Source of the DNA: the human T2T-CHM13v2.0 reference genome, Homo sapiens
DNA: 64,000 nucleotides
NCBI RefSeq assembly: GCF_009914755.1
Contig: NC_060942.1
Reading direction: 5' to 3' (one strand)
Made by a program: the position numbers and the translations under genes. The notes under the pieces were generated by a model. It made no database searches. It was given only the letters and a program-made list of their open reading frames with translations, and was not told the origin of the DNA. The first letter of the stretch is position 1, and the number at the start of each line of letters is the position of its first letter. Below, in pieces: positions 43,715-57,575 of the stretch.

Positions 43715-44364
43715 AGAAAGAGATATTCTGAATTATTTGCAGGAAGCTGTTATGGAACTACAGGTAAAATGGTAAATATTTCTATTAAACATAGCCTCTG
43801 TTTATCACTCTACATGGAATATAAAAAATTTCTGAATTTTCCTTAAGAAGCATATATTTACTTTTTCTACTTTCTATGCTAATACAAGATCAGAGAGAAC
43901 AATTACTTTTCTATGGCTGGATTGAAATATAGATTCTTTTGGACTTAAAATTTCAGAATAGATCAAATCTCAGCTGACGGAAGCAAAATATCTGATAGTT
44001 TTAGGTTCTCATTAATATTGCTCCTTAAAACTAAGTTTCACTCTTTAGTTATCTTTCTATGTATGAATATACTATGGCTGAAAATGATGTCTTCTCCCTA
44101 ATCTACTACGGCATGTCTTGCTAGCTTAGAAACATTGCATGGATGTTACAAGGAACATTACATGAAACATTACAAGGTTGATATATATTTTTCCAAACAG
44201 AAACCAAAAGAATAATACTGAACTAAATGACAAATGGGAAACCTGTTACTAATTTGAACTGGAAACTGATTACATTTTACTTTCACAGCTACTCACCAAT
44301 GCTGCCTTAATGAAAAGCTCTTCCAATTGTCACTATGGCTTTCTTTTTCCCCACCATAGGTAAT

Positions 44365-45550
44365 TTTATTTTATTTTATTTATGGGTGGGGGGAATATTT
44401 AATATCTATTCTCTTAGCAAATTTCAAGTACAGTGGAGCATAGGTTAACTATAGTCATCATGCTGTACAGTAGGTTGCAGAACTTATTTATCCTGTCTAA
44501 CTGAAACTTTGTATACTTTCTGAACTCCCCATCCTTCCCTTTCCCCCAGGCTCTGGTAATTACCATTTTACTCTCTGCTTCTACGAGCTCCAGTCTTTTG
44601 GAGTCCACATCTAAGTGAGGTCGTGCAGTATTTGCCTTTCTGTGCTGGGCTTTCTTTATTAGCATAATGTTTTCCAGATGCATCCATGTTGTTGCAAGTG
44701 CCAGGATTTCTTTCTTTTTTAAGACTGAATAGTGTTCAATTTTTAATACATAAACCACATTTTCTTTATCCATTCATTGTTGATGGACACTTAGATTGAT
44801 TCCATCTTGTGAATAATCCTGCAGTGAACACGGGGTGCAGCTCTCCCTTCAACTACTGATTTCATTTCCTTTGAATATATATCTTGGAAGTTGGATATAT
44901 CCTTTGGAAGTTGGATTACTGGATTCGATGGTAGTTTTGTTTTTAATTTTTTGAGGAACTCCTATATGATTTTCCATAGCAGCTGTACTATTTTATGTTC
45001 CCACCAATAGTGTACAAGGGTTCCCTTTTCTCTACACCCTTGCCAGTATTTGCTATCTTTCATTCTTTTGATAATAGCCATGTTATTATTATTTTTTGAG
45101 ACAGGGTCTCTGTCACCCAGGCTGGAGTGCAATGGTGCAGTTTTGGCTCACAGCAACCTCCACCTCCTGGACTCAAGCGATCCTCCTGCCTTCCAAGGAG
45201 CTGGAACTACAGGTGCATGCCATGACACCTGGCTAATTTTTGTATTTTTGTAGAGACAGGGTTTCGCCATGTTGCCCAGGCTGGTTTTGGGCCCCTGGGC
45301 TCAAGCCATCTGCCTGTCTCAGCCTCCTAAACTGCTGGGATTATAAACATGAGCCACCACATTCAGCTGTTAATAGCCATTGTAACAGGTGTGAGGTGGT
45401 ATCTCATTGTGGTTTTAGTTTGCATTTCCCTGATGACTAGTGATGTTGATCATTTTTTATATGCCTGTTTGCCATTTGTATGTCTTCTTTTGAGGCATGT
45501 CTATTCAGGTCCTTTGCCCATTTTTAAACTGGGTGATTTGTTTCCTTGCT
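44365..45550 (-). mobile_element. L1MA-type LINE-1 3' end, interrupted by an AluJ
   Basis: tcttagcaaatttcaagtac...ccacattttctttatccattcatt...ggtgtgaggtggtatctcattgtggtttt. Confidence 0.88.
45083..45368 (-). mobile_element. AluJ nested in L1
   Basis: Reverse dimer; TSD taatagccat. Confidence 0.9.
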
Positions 45551-47212
45551 CTGGAAACTATGGCTTCTTTTAATAAGAATTTTAATAGTTTTATCATAAG
45601 CTGAGTTTAATAAGCTCAGCTGTGACAATTATGTATAAAAATAAGAGAATGCCAAAAGCACACTAGCTGAGCTTTAGTCAAAGTCCCTGTGAAGTGAACC
45701 TCATGCAGACTTAAAATAGTGGGTGACTTGGTAAAGTGGCAGTTCACTGCAGTGCAGCTCATGGAAGGAGGGGCCCAGTTATGACTTAGCAAGGTAATTG
45801 AGGAGATTAAAAAGGAACAAAGATGGAAGCTGCTAATTGCAACTTAAAAAGGGCATTTAGAACCTAATTCCAAACATAAGATATGATTGATCTGTTCCTG
45901 GGAATTCTTTTGTGCACTTGGAGGGTTTTAAGATGAATTAAATCTTTGCATCTTAAAAATAATGATCACAAGGAAGAAGAAAAGTTAAAACAAGGAAAAC
46001 AGCATACTGGCATAGAACAAGCTATTTCTGAAATATCAGTTACATTTGGATGCAAAATTTCAAGTTTTCCTTTTTGGGAGAATGTCATCTCTCTGAAAAC
46101 TTATTTTGAAACCTTATTTATTTTTTTTTTCTTTTCCTGTAGTCTTCCTCTGTGGTCATCTGAAGACATCTTACTGCTTTTAGGAAAGAATAGTAAGTCC
46201 TGACAAGTCTTAGACCTTAGATAGATGGTAGTTCTATTTTTAATTTTTTGTGGAATTTCTATAAAGTAAAAGTCAATGAAAACAGAGAAAATTCCCTACT
46301 CTACTATAGCAAGATGCCCATCAGCAGAAAAGGACAGTGTAGAAGCAGATTGACACTGAATTATAGTCACCCTTGCTCAAGTAAACAAATTAATATCCCC
46401 AAGGACATCCATAAGGCTTCTCTCTCAACATCTGAGGGCTGGATTTGCTCTCTGCTGTCCACCACAGACTATATTCAACTGCTGGAACCTTGTCTGGTGC
46501 TGAATAGCCCAAGGACAGGGACGCTGCTTCAGAGACACCCACGGTCACAGTTGCACCAGCCAAATCTGTTTTTGTGCCCGTGTCTTCTCGGAGAACAGAG
46601 CAGCATATGGACGGCTTGGGCTCCCTGCCATCTGTCAAGAGTGGGCAGGACAGCACGTGCAATCCCAATCTGCACCAATGCTTGGTAGATAACACTTTCC
46701 ACAGGGAAAGGTCTGCTGGCCTCAGATAAGAACAGCTTTCAAATGGGGACTATGAAAAACTGTACAACAGTCACAACTCGGTTCCACTCCTCTCAGATCT
46801 ACCTAAAGCTCTCATAGTCATAACCTATATGACTTTGAGGGAAGAAAATCCTGACCCATTGCTCAGTTGGTATGGAGCTTGAACATGCACTCACATGCTA
46901 TAATATCATGATCATCAGTATCATTATAAACAACAGCATTTACTGAACTGCTACCCTGGAACTCTTCCCTTTAGCTTCTAAGAACATGCACAATGTAATA
47001 TCTTCACCAATGAGACACAGACCTCAGAGTCTGTGCTTGCAACCATTAGGCTTCACCGCCTCCTACCTAATCTAGGAGCTGATGTTTGTAGAAGGGTGTG
47101 GGGAATGAGCTGATCGTTGTAGCAGGGATGTGCATGGAGGAGAGGGTGGAAAGGGTAGGAAGAAACAGCATAGAGAATGCATCAGGATGTTCCATGTTGC
47201 ACATACACTATA

Positions 47213-47586
47213 CAGACAGTTCCTGATTTATGATGGTTTGGTGTAGGATTTTTTTGACTTTACGATGGTGCAAAAGCAATACACATTTAATAAAAACTGT
47301 ACCTTGAGTACCCATACAATTATTCTGTTTTTCACTTTTGGTACAATACTCAGCAGATTACATGAGCTAGTCAGCACTTCATTACAAAATAGGCTTTGTG
47401 TTAGATCATTTTGCTCAGCTGTGGGCTAATGTAAATGGTCTGAGCACATTTAAGTAGGTTAGGTGAAGGCTAAGCTACGGTGTTTGGTAAGTTAGCTGTA
47501 CTAAATGCATTTTTGACTTAATGATATTTTCAATTTACAATAGGTTTATTGGGAAATAAACCCGTCATAAGTTGAGAAGCATCTTT
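47213..47586 (-). mobile_element. MER47A-type Tigger MITE
   Basis: TA-flanked, TIR-like cagacagttcctgatttatgatgg / cccgtcataagttgagaagcatct; internal ggctaagctacggtgtttggtaagttag. Confidence 0.8.
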
Positions 47587-50384
47587 ACTAAATTTCCCAG
47601 AAAGCAAATGCGGTGTTTGTTATAGAAGGCAGGGATTTGCATTAGGGGCTGAGGACCCTGCAGACGGCAGTCAGCAGCATTCCAGCTCTCGCACCCATGG
47701 GTTACAAAGGGAAAGCACTGGACGTGAGTCTAAGAGTGATGGCTAAAGTCCAAGGAGGCCAATATCCATTTCTCAGTCAGTTTGTTGTTACCTATGTGTT
47801 CTCATTTCTGGAGGAGTCAGCTACAATATTACTGTATATGTTATATAATATTTGACATCATTTTATAGAGTAATGATCTACACTAGAATTTATAAATGTG
47901 AGGGTTTGTGAAGTCACTAGGCATGTACTGAGTAAACACCAAAGAGCTGCTCTATTCAACCATCATTTGCTATCAAGTAAATTTCAGTATAAGTAAGAGA
48001 AGACTGGCTCTGACAATTGTGAGGCATACGTTGGGTGATTTTTTAATGCAGCATTATAGATATGTAAGGCTATGTAGTAAATACTCTGCTAGAGCGATAA
48101 TGATCATTTTAAATTTGCTTATATTGTGAAAATTGTGTATATGGGAGAGTCAGTACCTAGGGGAAAAGGAAAAATTTCAGAAAAAAACTAAAATAAGCAC
48201 GTTTTTCTTTATATATTGTGGATATGAAAGGGTAGTGGTGGTGGTGAAGACTGTAGAAAGGAGATAAAGAAAAGGAAACCAGGTTCAAGGAGCCGCTGTA
48301 CCCCACTCCTTGGCTCTCCCTCCTTCATAATCATCAGCAGTTGTACTAAAAAGAAAGGAATCAGTTTTACAAGTTTCCTTAAATCTGACAATGAACTAGA
48401 GGATCTTATATAGAAGGAAGTGCTAGGATAACATTCTGAAGAATCAAGATTGCTTGCATATTTGCATTTCTTTGGTTCTTGCAATCATCTCTCTATTCAA
48501 GCTGAGCTGTGAAATACACCATACCTGTTATTACTGGGCTAGTGGACCAAATATGCTTTGCTGTTGTTATTCCAATATCGTGTCTGTTGCTATGAAAATG
48601 AAGCCATCCAGACTAAGATTTCAAGTACGTAAACTGAACACGGTAGAAGCCAGCACACAGAATAATTCTAATTTTGAATGAGTATATGCCAAATAAGTCA
48701 TTTAACCTTTGAGTCTCAGTTTCTTCTGTGAAATAAAAATACTGTGCTAGACGTTTTCCAGGCTGTTTTTAACATATAAAAGTTAGGTGAGAAGAGATAG
48801 AAACCAACAAACAATGAACCAAACACAGACATCAAAGGGGGAAAAAAATGCCATTCAGGGAAGTGAATCACAGAACTTTGGATTCAGGAACTAGAGGTCC
48901 CTGGAAAAGCCATTAAATATGTTTCTGGAGATTTTCCCCCTAAGTTTTCTCTGAAAGAATGGTTTCTACCTGTGTTATGGGTTGTTCCAGGGACTGGCAT
49001 TCTGAGCAAAGACTACCCTTCCTGGGGATCGTGGGCAGGAAGAGAAAGTGGAAGGAGGGCAACCAAGAAGTTGAATGTGACGATAGACCATAGATCTTAG
49101 TGATGAGGTCTTGAACTAGGGTGGCTGGAGGCAGAGACTGGAAAGAAGGGGGCAGATGGAAGAAATATTGTGAAGCTGAAGTTGGAAGAAAGACAAAGCT
49201 CATGAAAGATGTTGCAAGCACTAGAGATGCGTAGCTTAGGAACCTGTACACAGGGCAGCCTACCAGCACGGATCTACACAGGCTTCTCAAGAGATACACA
49301 CAGTCTATCGGAAAAGTGACAGAAAAAAGAATTTGGATGCTTTGTGACATGCACAGTCCAATGAGAATTTTGTCAAAATAACATTAATACCATGTCAAGA
49401 AGACGCCTGGATATAGGTAAGTTGATCAACAAGAAAGATTGGTCAAATGGCTTTGACCTTTTTCTGGCGCTTAGTTTCATAGGCATTTTGGGTAATTTTA
49501 ATCTCCTTTGTAGGCACTTGAGAAACACTTGAAATTCACACACTTCGAATCCTTACCTTTGTTTGAAGGTACCTATGGGCAAATTTGTAACCCTTAGCAG
49601 GCAAGGGAACTTGATACCATCTACTGACATTTCAAAATTTTCAAGTGCAAGGGTAGCAGTCCTTTAGTTCACTAAAAATGCAGAATGCATCACAAACAAA
49701 GCGTATAGATTCCTGGTGAGTTTAACTGGGAGATAAAACTGAAAGTTAGGTTGAGGCTAGTGAATGACTTTACATTTTGGATTTATTGGATTGGTAAGAG
49801 GGAGCTACGGATGATTTCTGCCCAAGGAGGTCCCAGAGCCATAGTACTACTTTAACAAGCTAATATGGCAGTGGTGGAAAAATCCAGTGGTCAAGGTAGA
49901 ATTCTTGAGTCATGCTATAAACAGGAACTGCCTGAAATGTGCTAGGTATTAAGGTGATAAGTTGTAATAGCTACAAGTGATTGCATGTTATCACAAGCCA
50001 GGCACTGTGCTAAGTAAAGTGCTTCATCTATGTTATTTCACTTAATCTTGATAGCAGTTCTACAATATTATCACTAGCATTTTATGAAAAAGTAAATGGA
50101 AGCTCAGTAAATGTGGTCCAAGGCCACACAGCAGCTAGTAAGTGACAAAGCCATGGCTGAACTTCAAATCTGTGCTCTCAGCCTGTAAGCTAAGAAAGGG
50201 ACAAAGATAAGAAAGAGTGAACACATAGCACTGTGAAACAGAGGCGCAGTTAGATACAACTGCCTGGGAGACTACAGTCATCTCCCAGATGGATTTTCTG
50301 CAGGATGTTATAGACCTGAGAAATGAAATCTTCCTTTCCACATCAAACACCTTGAATGTAAAAAAGCATTTTAAAAATTCACTG

Positions 50385-50700
50385 GGTCCGGACACAGTGG
50401 CTCATGCCTGTAATCCTAGCACTTTGGGAGGCCGAGGCGGGCAGATCACTTGAGGTCAGGAGTTCGAGACCAGCCTGGCCAACACGGTGAAACCCCGTCT
50501 CTACTAAAAATACAAAAATTAGCCAGGCGTGGTGGTGCATGCCTGTAGTCCTAGCTACTCAGGAGGCTGAGGCACGAGAATCGCTTGAACCTGGGAAGCA
50601 GAGGTTGCAGTGAGCCGGGGGTTGCAGAGATTGCGGCACTATACTTCTGCCTTCAGCGACTGAGGGAGACTCTGTCCAAAAAAAAAAAAAAAAAAAAAAA
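50385..50700 (+). mobile_element. AluS
   Basis: Full dimer with A tail; cactgggt repeated at the flanks. Confidence 0.93.
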
Positions 50701-53178
50701 GCACTGGGTATTTTCCTGATCTGTTTTCGTGATGTGTTATATACCAGGTTACCATTAGACTTACTAAAATTATAGTGGAGCATCTTCAGGTTTCCTACCT
50801 CCCCTCTGCTGCCACCGGGCATGTTCAGTTTATGCCCCACTTTTTTTCCAGAGTATATTCAGTACGTCTATCTTCACATTTCTCACCCCTTAATTTTTCC
50901 CCAATAGCTAGGAGGTAAATATGTTTGCATTGCATCTCATTGCATTGCATTGCCTTGCACTTGGCGTTCAGTTAGGGCGAAACTCTCTCTCTCCCACTCC
51001 GCTCCACCCAAGGATACACTTCAAGGTACCCAGGAAGCAATGTCTACTAATGTAAAAGGTCTTGTTGACCTGACAGCGATCAATACGCACATCTTATTTT
51101 CCAGAAAGAATTACTTCTTGTTAATTGCTTCCCATTTTCAATAGTTTCACTAAACATTGAGAGCTAAAGTCTGATTCATGTTAGGAATTTTATGAGTTTT
51201 TATGTTTCTCTGGCAAAACTGAAATGTTCAATGCTGGTAACTGCTAGAAAGGATTATTAGGTAACTTTTGCCTTTTCAACAACAGCTCTCGCCATCAAAA
51301 ATCCAACTTGTATGTTTATAAAACTGCAGTTCTGCTACATTTATAATCACAACATGGCCAAAGGGATTATTTATTTTTCCAACATAGTAATGTAACTTGG
51401 AATGATTCTATAGCTCAATAGAAGTAGACAGCATGAGCCTGGGAAGCATTCTTTTATAAATCACAAATGCAAGGAAAGAAAATTAAACCAGGAACTCTAA
51501 CCTGGGTTTTTGTTCTAGCTTGGTCATTTTCTACCTGGGCAATCTTGGGCAAGGCGATTCAATATTCTGAACCCCATTTTCTGCAATTATAAAATGAGAA
51601 GACAACTTTAAAGTCCTGTAAGAGTTTATTTATTTGAGAAAAAAAATAAATGGGTATGTGTGCAAAGTTGTTTCCCAGAGCATGATGGTAAAATCACCAC
51701 CAGAGAAACTTAAATAGTGCCTGCAGTATCTACACTAGTTAGAAAGCATGGTGTGGTGGAAAGAACATGGAATGTAGACTCAGAAGACAGGTTTGAAGTC
51801 TGGCTCTATCCAATTCTATATATAAGAACTAGAGAATGTATTAACTGGATGAGTTTCTAGTAAAAAAAATAAAAAATGCAGGAGGTTAAATGGAGACCAT
51901 AGCTAGACAATCAAAAGATATTTGTCAAAGCACATTGCAAACTGGAAAGTCATGTGTAAATGTCAGAATAAATTAGATAAACTCAGGTAAGCCATTTTTA
52001 GGGTCAGAAGAGAACATAAGCACAGAAGCACATGTTGTAAGGATTTAAATAGGTCATAGAGCCAACTATTTCCTCATCTAGTTTCTGAGCTCTGCTATGG
52101 AGGTAAGCAAGCTCAGTATCAAAACAGTTAATTTGCAACAAGTAATTGGAATTAACTGTGCTAATATCAGCTTTAAACTTGATGAACGTCAGGTGGCTGT
52201 GAGACCCAGCAGGAGACGACCAGCACACAGTTAGATATGAGGTTCTGGAGTTCAGGAAGAGTGCTCTATTGAGAGATCTAGATTTGGAAAATTATAGCAT
52301 GAGAGCAGGACAGTTGCCGCCTCAGACCTGAGGGGATGCCAACATTTAAAGCAAGAGGCAGAAGGGCTCCTGCAGGAGACAGGGAATCGGGAAGGCAGCA
52401 GGTTAAAATGAGGCAAGTGGTCATCAGTAGCAAATGCCACAAATAGGAAATGTGAGATCAAGACCAAAAAAGAACATTTAATTTGACAATTGGGAGATTG
52501 CTGAGTTCCTTTATCTGAGCAGTTTTGCTGCAGTTAAGGGTCCAAAAAAGCTTTGTTTTAGTTAAATAAATAATAAATTAAAAGAAAATAAGTGAGGAAA
52601 AACAGGTTTGACAATTATTTTTAGGATCTTGACAATGAATGAAAAGGAGAGGTGCCCGGCATTAAGCCAGGCACTAGGGATATGAAGTCTTTACCCCTGG
52701 AGAAGAATTCCTCAGTAATAGCATTGTCATTTGTGCGTGTTTAAGATGAAATGCTCATGTATTACTCTCTAGGGATAAAGGAAAAATAAAGCTACAATCT
52801 TTGGATTCCATTCCCCATTGTTAACGGTTTTTCTTTTGTGTCATGCACAAAATAATCTACAACTTGTTTTCTTCACTTAATACTACATGATCTTGGACAT
52901 ATTGCAAATCATCAAAAAGAGGTTCAAAATAATTCCTTTTAATAGCTGCATATTATTTTACCTTCTGGCTTGATCAGGATTTATTTAACTGGCCCTTTAT
53001 GGAGGAATGTTTTTTGTTTCTAGCTTTGTGCTATTTGAAGTCATCTCTCAGTTATTTTCATATATATCCATTTCCATGAAGTAAATTACTACAAATGGAG
53101 TTACTTCTGGGTAAAAGGATTTAGGTAGCTTCAGATTTAATAAATACTGTCAAATTTATTTTCAAAAAGCATGCACTA

Positions 53179-53514
<336 letters not shown>

Positions 53515-55291
53515 TCATACTGTTCATTGAATAGTGTTCATTGGAGAAGAACAGGGTCTTCTCCAGTCTTACCAGTCCTGGGTATAATAAACTCTTAAAT
53601 ATCTTTTGGATGAAATCAGTATCTTATTTGATTTTTAAAAAATGATGTCTTGTTTTAATTTTCACATTATTATAAATAAGACTGAACAACTTTTCACATG
53701 TTTATTTGCCGTTTTTGTATTTCTTCTGTAAACTTTTTGTTTATAACTTCTGCTCTTTTTCATTAAATTAAAATTTTTATTTGTAAAAATTCATTGGCTT
53801 TATGGGAAATTATTGCTTTGTCAGTCAAGTTTTACAGATATTTTTCCAGTTTAATGTCTTTTTTAACTTGTTTGTTGTTTTTATGTAGCCAAATTTATAA
53901 ATATTTTACTTCAAAATCTGGTTTACATCGTGTTTATAAAAGTTTTCCCAACTTTGAGTTTAAAAAAACATCACTTTAGTTTCCATTTTTTAAATTCCAA
54001 AGATGATTCCTTAATCTTTGGTGATACCAATTTCTATCGTGTGTCACTCTTGCTATCTGGAAGTATAACCAAAGTCCCTTACATTCCTCTGTACTAAAAC
54101 AGTAATCCTGTTGTTTTGGTATTAACACATTTTTGAATAAATTTTTATCATATTGCTGATTCACTTTTAGAAAGGAGAATCATAAAATTACATCAAAGTC
54201 GTGGCATCTAAGTTAGAGACAAAACCAGTATCTTAAAGGAGATGGTGCTGGTGTTGAGTCACTATCTAATGACGACTCACCAAGCAATCCTGCTTACTGT
54301 TCAGCTCAAATGCACTGGAGAAAACATGATTCTCTAACCACATTTGAGAGTTCAGCCACATGTAGAGACATGGAACCTTCACATCTTTCCTCTATCTGTT
54401 GTTTAAAAGTGTCAGTGATGTCACAGAAATAACTATTTCATGGAGTGTCACTATTACAGAAATAGTGAGCCTGGCAGAGGCTAGAAAGCAACCGACTCTC
54501 TCACGTCATATTAGCTACATCGCCATAGAATCACTGCTGCCCCAGTGGAAAGAAGTGAAAAGCCCATTTATCATCTTGCATATACCCTCCTCAATCAGTT
54601 GCCTGGAAAACCATGGGGAAATGTAAAAAGCTTTTGGTTGAACAGTTCAGAAAACAAAACCAGTTCCACTACACTCTCCCAGGTGTGGTGCCCTAGGTCC
54701 ACACCCTCCACTTCCTCCCCCACTGCCACCCTATTCTCTCATGAAGCTCCCTAGATTTTCTGTTTATGTTTTCCTTCTCTTTCAAGATGCCAACATTTTC
54801 TCCACAAAGCAGTTTACTAAGTCAATGCCATTAGCATACACAAATCTCAAGTTTTGGGGGAAAAAGAAACCCTACAAAAAACCCTTGGAGGTGAACTTGT
54901 TCATTTCCTCCCCTGAAAGTGTGAATTTTTTCAGCCGTATCCCCATAAGGTGCTACCCAGCCCTTTTCCCCACATTGATGGTGATGACACATACTTGACC
55001 TTCTGATGCAGCCAAATCTGTTTCCAGGCAGTACTAATTATAATATAGTTACTTTTTCCAAGGAACTGAAATTGGAATCTTGCAATTTCTACTCTTTAGT
55101 TTTACTTCTGCCAGTGGGTGTCAAAGGTATTGTGTTTTGGGTTTTTGTTTGTTTGTTTTGCCCACCTTTTGCTTGTACTTTATGGTGACATCTAACATCT
55201 GTTCTTGAGTTGTAGATGGAAGTTCAAAATACATCATCCATGAGTAAAGTGACCCAGTAGCATTACTTTATAAAAGTCAGTTTTTGTTGCA

Positions 55292-55583
55292 TTTTTTTTT
55301 GGAGACAGAGTCTTGCTCCATTGCCCGGGCTGGAGTGCAGTGGCGTGATCTTGGCTTACCGCAACCTCCGCCGCCTGAGTTCAAGCGATTCTCCTGCCTC
55401 AGCCTCCTGAGTAGCTAGGACTACAGGCGTGCCACACCACGCCTAGCTAATTTTTGTATTTTTAGTAGAGATGGGGTTTCACCATGTTGGCCGGGCTGGT
55501 CTCAAACTCCTGACATCAGGTGAGCCGCCCACCTCAGCCTCCCAAAGTGCTGGGATTATAGGTGTGAGCCACTGCGCCCAGCA
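55292..55583 (-). mobile_element. AluS (Sx-like)
   Basis: Reverse dimer; TSD-like tgcattttt. Confidence 0.93.
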
Positions 55584-56232
55584 GCTGCATTTTTATCTAA
55601 TAACAGATTTGTGGGATTTTTTTTTTTTTTTTAATTTCAAGATCCCAAAGAACATGTCATCTGCAAATAGGGCAGTTGTATTTTGCATTACCCTCTACCA
55701 TGGCCCCTGATAGTAGTCTACCCATGCTAAGAAGTTCCTACTTACCTCCACTTAGACTACTGATTTTTAACCCTCCCCAGTCACCTTCAGGCTCAGCCTT
55801 GGGGTGCCCTGGCCCTTCCTGTTATCACTCTGGTGTGCTCTGGGATTGTCATAACCTCATATTTTCAGGAAAATGAAAATGTGTATAAAAAAATTAGGAA
55901 AATAACCTCCTTTGATATGAAAGTTTATCCAGAAAATCACACAGGTCAATAGAGCTAATATGTTTAAAGACCTTCATACTTCCGGGCACACAGATCTCAG
56001 TAAGACATAGTCTGTTTTCAAAGCCACAGGTGCAGAGAAGAAAAAAAACCCAATAAAGCTCAAGTTGTTCTCATTCATTAACTACATTCAGGAAAGAACT
56101 CAAAACAACCCAAATAATTTAAGTAACTTTTGAACAGTGTTTGACTATCCTCAGGCTAATGGCCAAAGAAAGCCAGAAAGAAGAGAAAAACCAAACTGAA
56201 ACCCAAGCCAAACAAAACACAAAAATCCCATT

Positions 56233-56374
56233 TTATCACACTGAGTTTTAGGAAATAGGTTTGTTTTCCTGTTGAGGTATGGGACAGCAATTTGGAATCA
56301 TACTTATCACACTGAGTTTTAGGAAATAGGTTTGTTTTCCTGTTGAGGTATGGGACAGCAATTCGGAAACATAC
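56233..56374. repeat. 71-bp tandem duplication (2 copies, 2 mismatches)
   Basis: Copies at 56233-56303 and 56304-56374 differ only in tttggaatc versus ttcggaaac. Confidence 0.95.
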
Positions 56375-56492
56375 TTTCAGTGCATTCTAGGATTGCCTAT
56401 GTGTTAAAGGAGGCTATGTTTCTCATTGCCAGAGAAGGACATGCTGGAGTGAACAGTGTGGTGTCAGATTGAAATTAGAGGTCATTGTATAA

Positions 56493-56718
56493 GCCAGGTC
56501 TTCCCAACTACTTCAGCATTATTGACATTTGGGTCAGAAAATTCTCAGTTGTGGAGGCTGTCCTGTGTCTTGTAGGATATTTAGCAGTATCCCTGGTTTT
56601 TATCTTTTATGCACAAGATGTGAGCAGCAGTCCCCTTCCCAGCTGTGACAGCCAAAAACATCTCCAGATAGTGCCAAATGTCCCTGGGGGCAAAACTGCC
56701 CCCTGTGGAGACTCACTA
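56493..56718. mobile_element. MER20 hAT-Charlie MITE
   Basis: cattattgacatttggg...ggctgtcctgtg...gccaaatgtccctgggggcaaaactgcccc. Confidence 0.88.
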
Positions 56719-56733
56719 GTGTAAGCAAATGGC

Positions 56734-56770
<37 letters not shown>

Positions 56771-57040
56771 TGCATGTATGTATATATGTGCATATGTATG
56801 TAGTATTTATATGTATATATATATGCCATTTGACCATATGCACATATATACATACATGCAGACACATCTCTCTCTATACATATGTGTGTATATATATATA
56901 CACATATATAGATAGATACATGCAGACACATCTCCAGATAGATATCTACATAGAGCTCTCTATATATCTATAGGTATAAATATATATATACAGAGAGAGA
57001 GATGTGTCTGCATGTATGTATATACGTACATATTCACATA
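56734..57040. repeat. Complex (TA)/(CA)/(GA) low-complexity tract
   Basis: Alternating purine-pyrimidine runs with recurring atgcagacacatctc and its reverse complement. Confidence 0.85.
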
Positions 57041-57099
57041 TTTCCTAGATCTGTCTCTTGAGACTTGGCAGCAATGACATGTTAGTAGCAATGAGCACC

Positions 57100-57575
57100 T
57101 ATAGCACCCAGGAGTTGAGTTGTAACACCATTCTTGACTAAAAAGAGCCTGGGCATTTTGGAAAAATGGTTTCTTCCAGGGCTGGGGCTGGGGCAACATG
57201 AGGTGAGCCTGTAACATGTTATGTCAGAAAGTAAGAAAAGCTCAAAAAATGATGGGGACATATCAAAATGACATAGGAGTTTGCTTGAAGGTGCTCCCTG
57301 TCACCAAATCTGGGGCAGCAAATTAAAAAAATTTAAGCAGTACAATGAATAATAATTTAATAAAATAAGATTACACAGCCCATACTAAATAAATAAATGA
57401 GAGAAAAAGAGAGCTCTTCCTTACTCAATGAATGGATCTCAACAAATGAATGTAGAATAGTAATGATTCCATCATTAGAAGATCACACAGGCTGGTAGTA
57501 ATTGATTCAGGCAACAGTAATTCAATGGATGCTAAAACTAGTGGGTGAAAGTGGGTGAGTAACAGTATATTTACA
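57100..57575 (+). mobile_element. Old LINE-1 (L1MC/L1MD-like) 3' fragment
   Basis: gcttgaaggtgctccctgtcaccaaatctgggg and caatggatgctaaaactagtgggtgaaag resemble recalled L1MD 3' sequence. Confidence 0.55.

Noticed and set aside
44414-44773. 119-aa ORF resembling L1 protein sequence
   Set aside because: Degenerate L1 ORF2 end and 3' UTR, not a functional gene.
45599-45621. 10-bp hairpin agctgagttt-aat-aagctcagct
   Set aside because: Too short and imperfect to exceed chance in 64 kb.
46248-46688. Long ORFs in unique sequence (146 aa here; also 61137-61580, 62515-62973 and 16031-16465)
   Set aside because: No recognisable homology or codon bias, several have non-ATG starts, and the lengths are compatible with chance.
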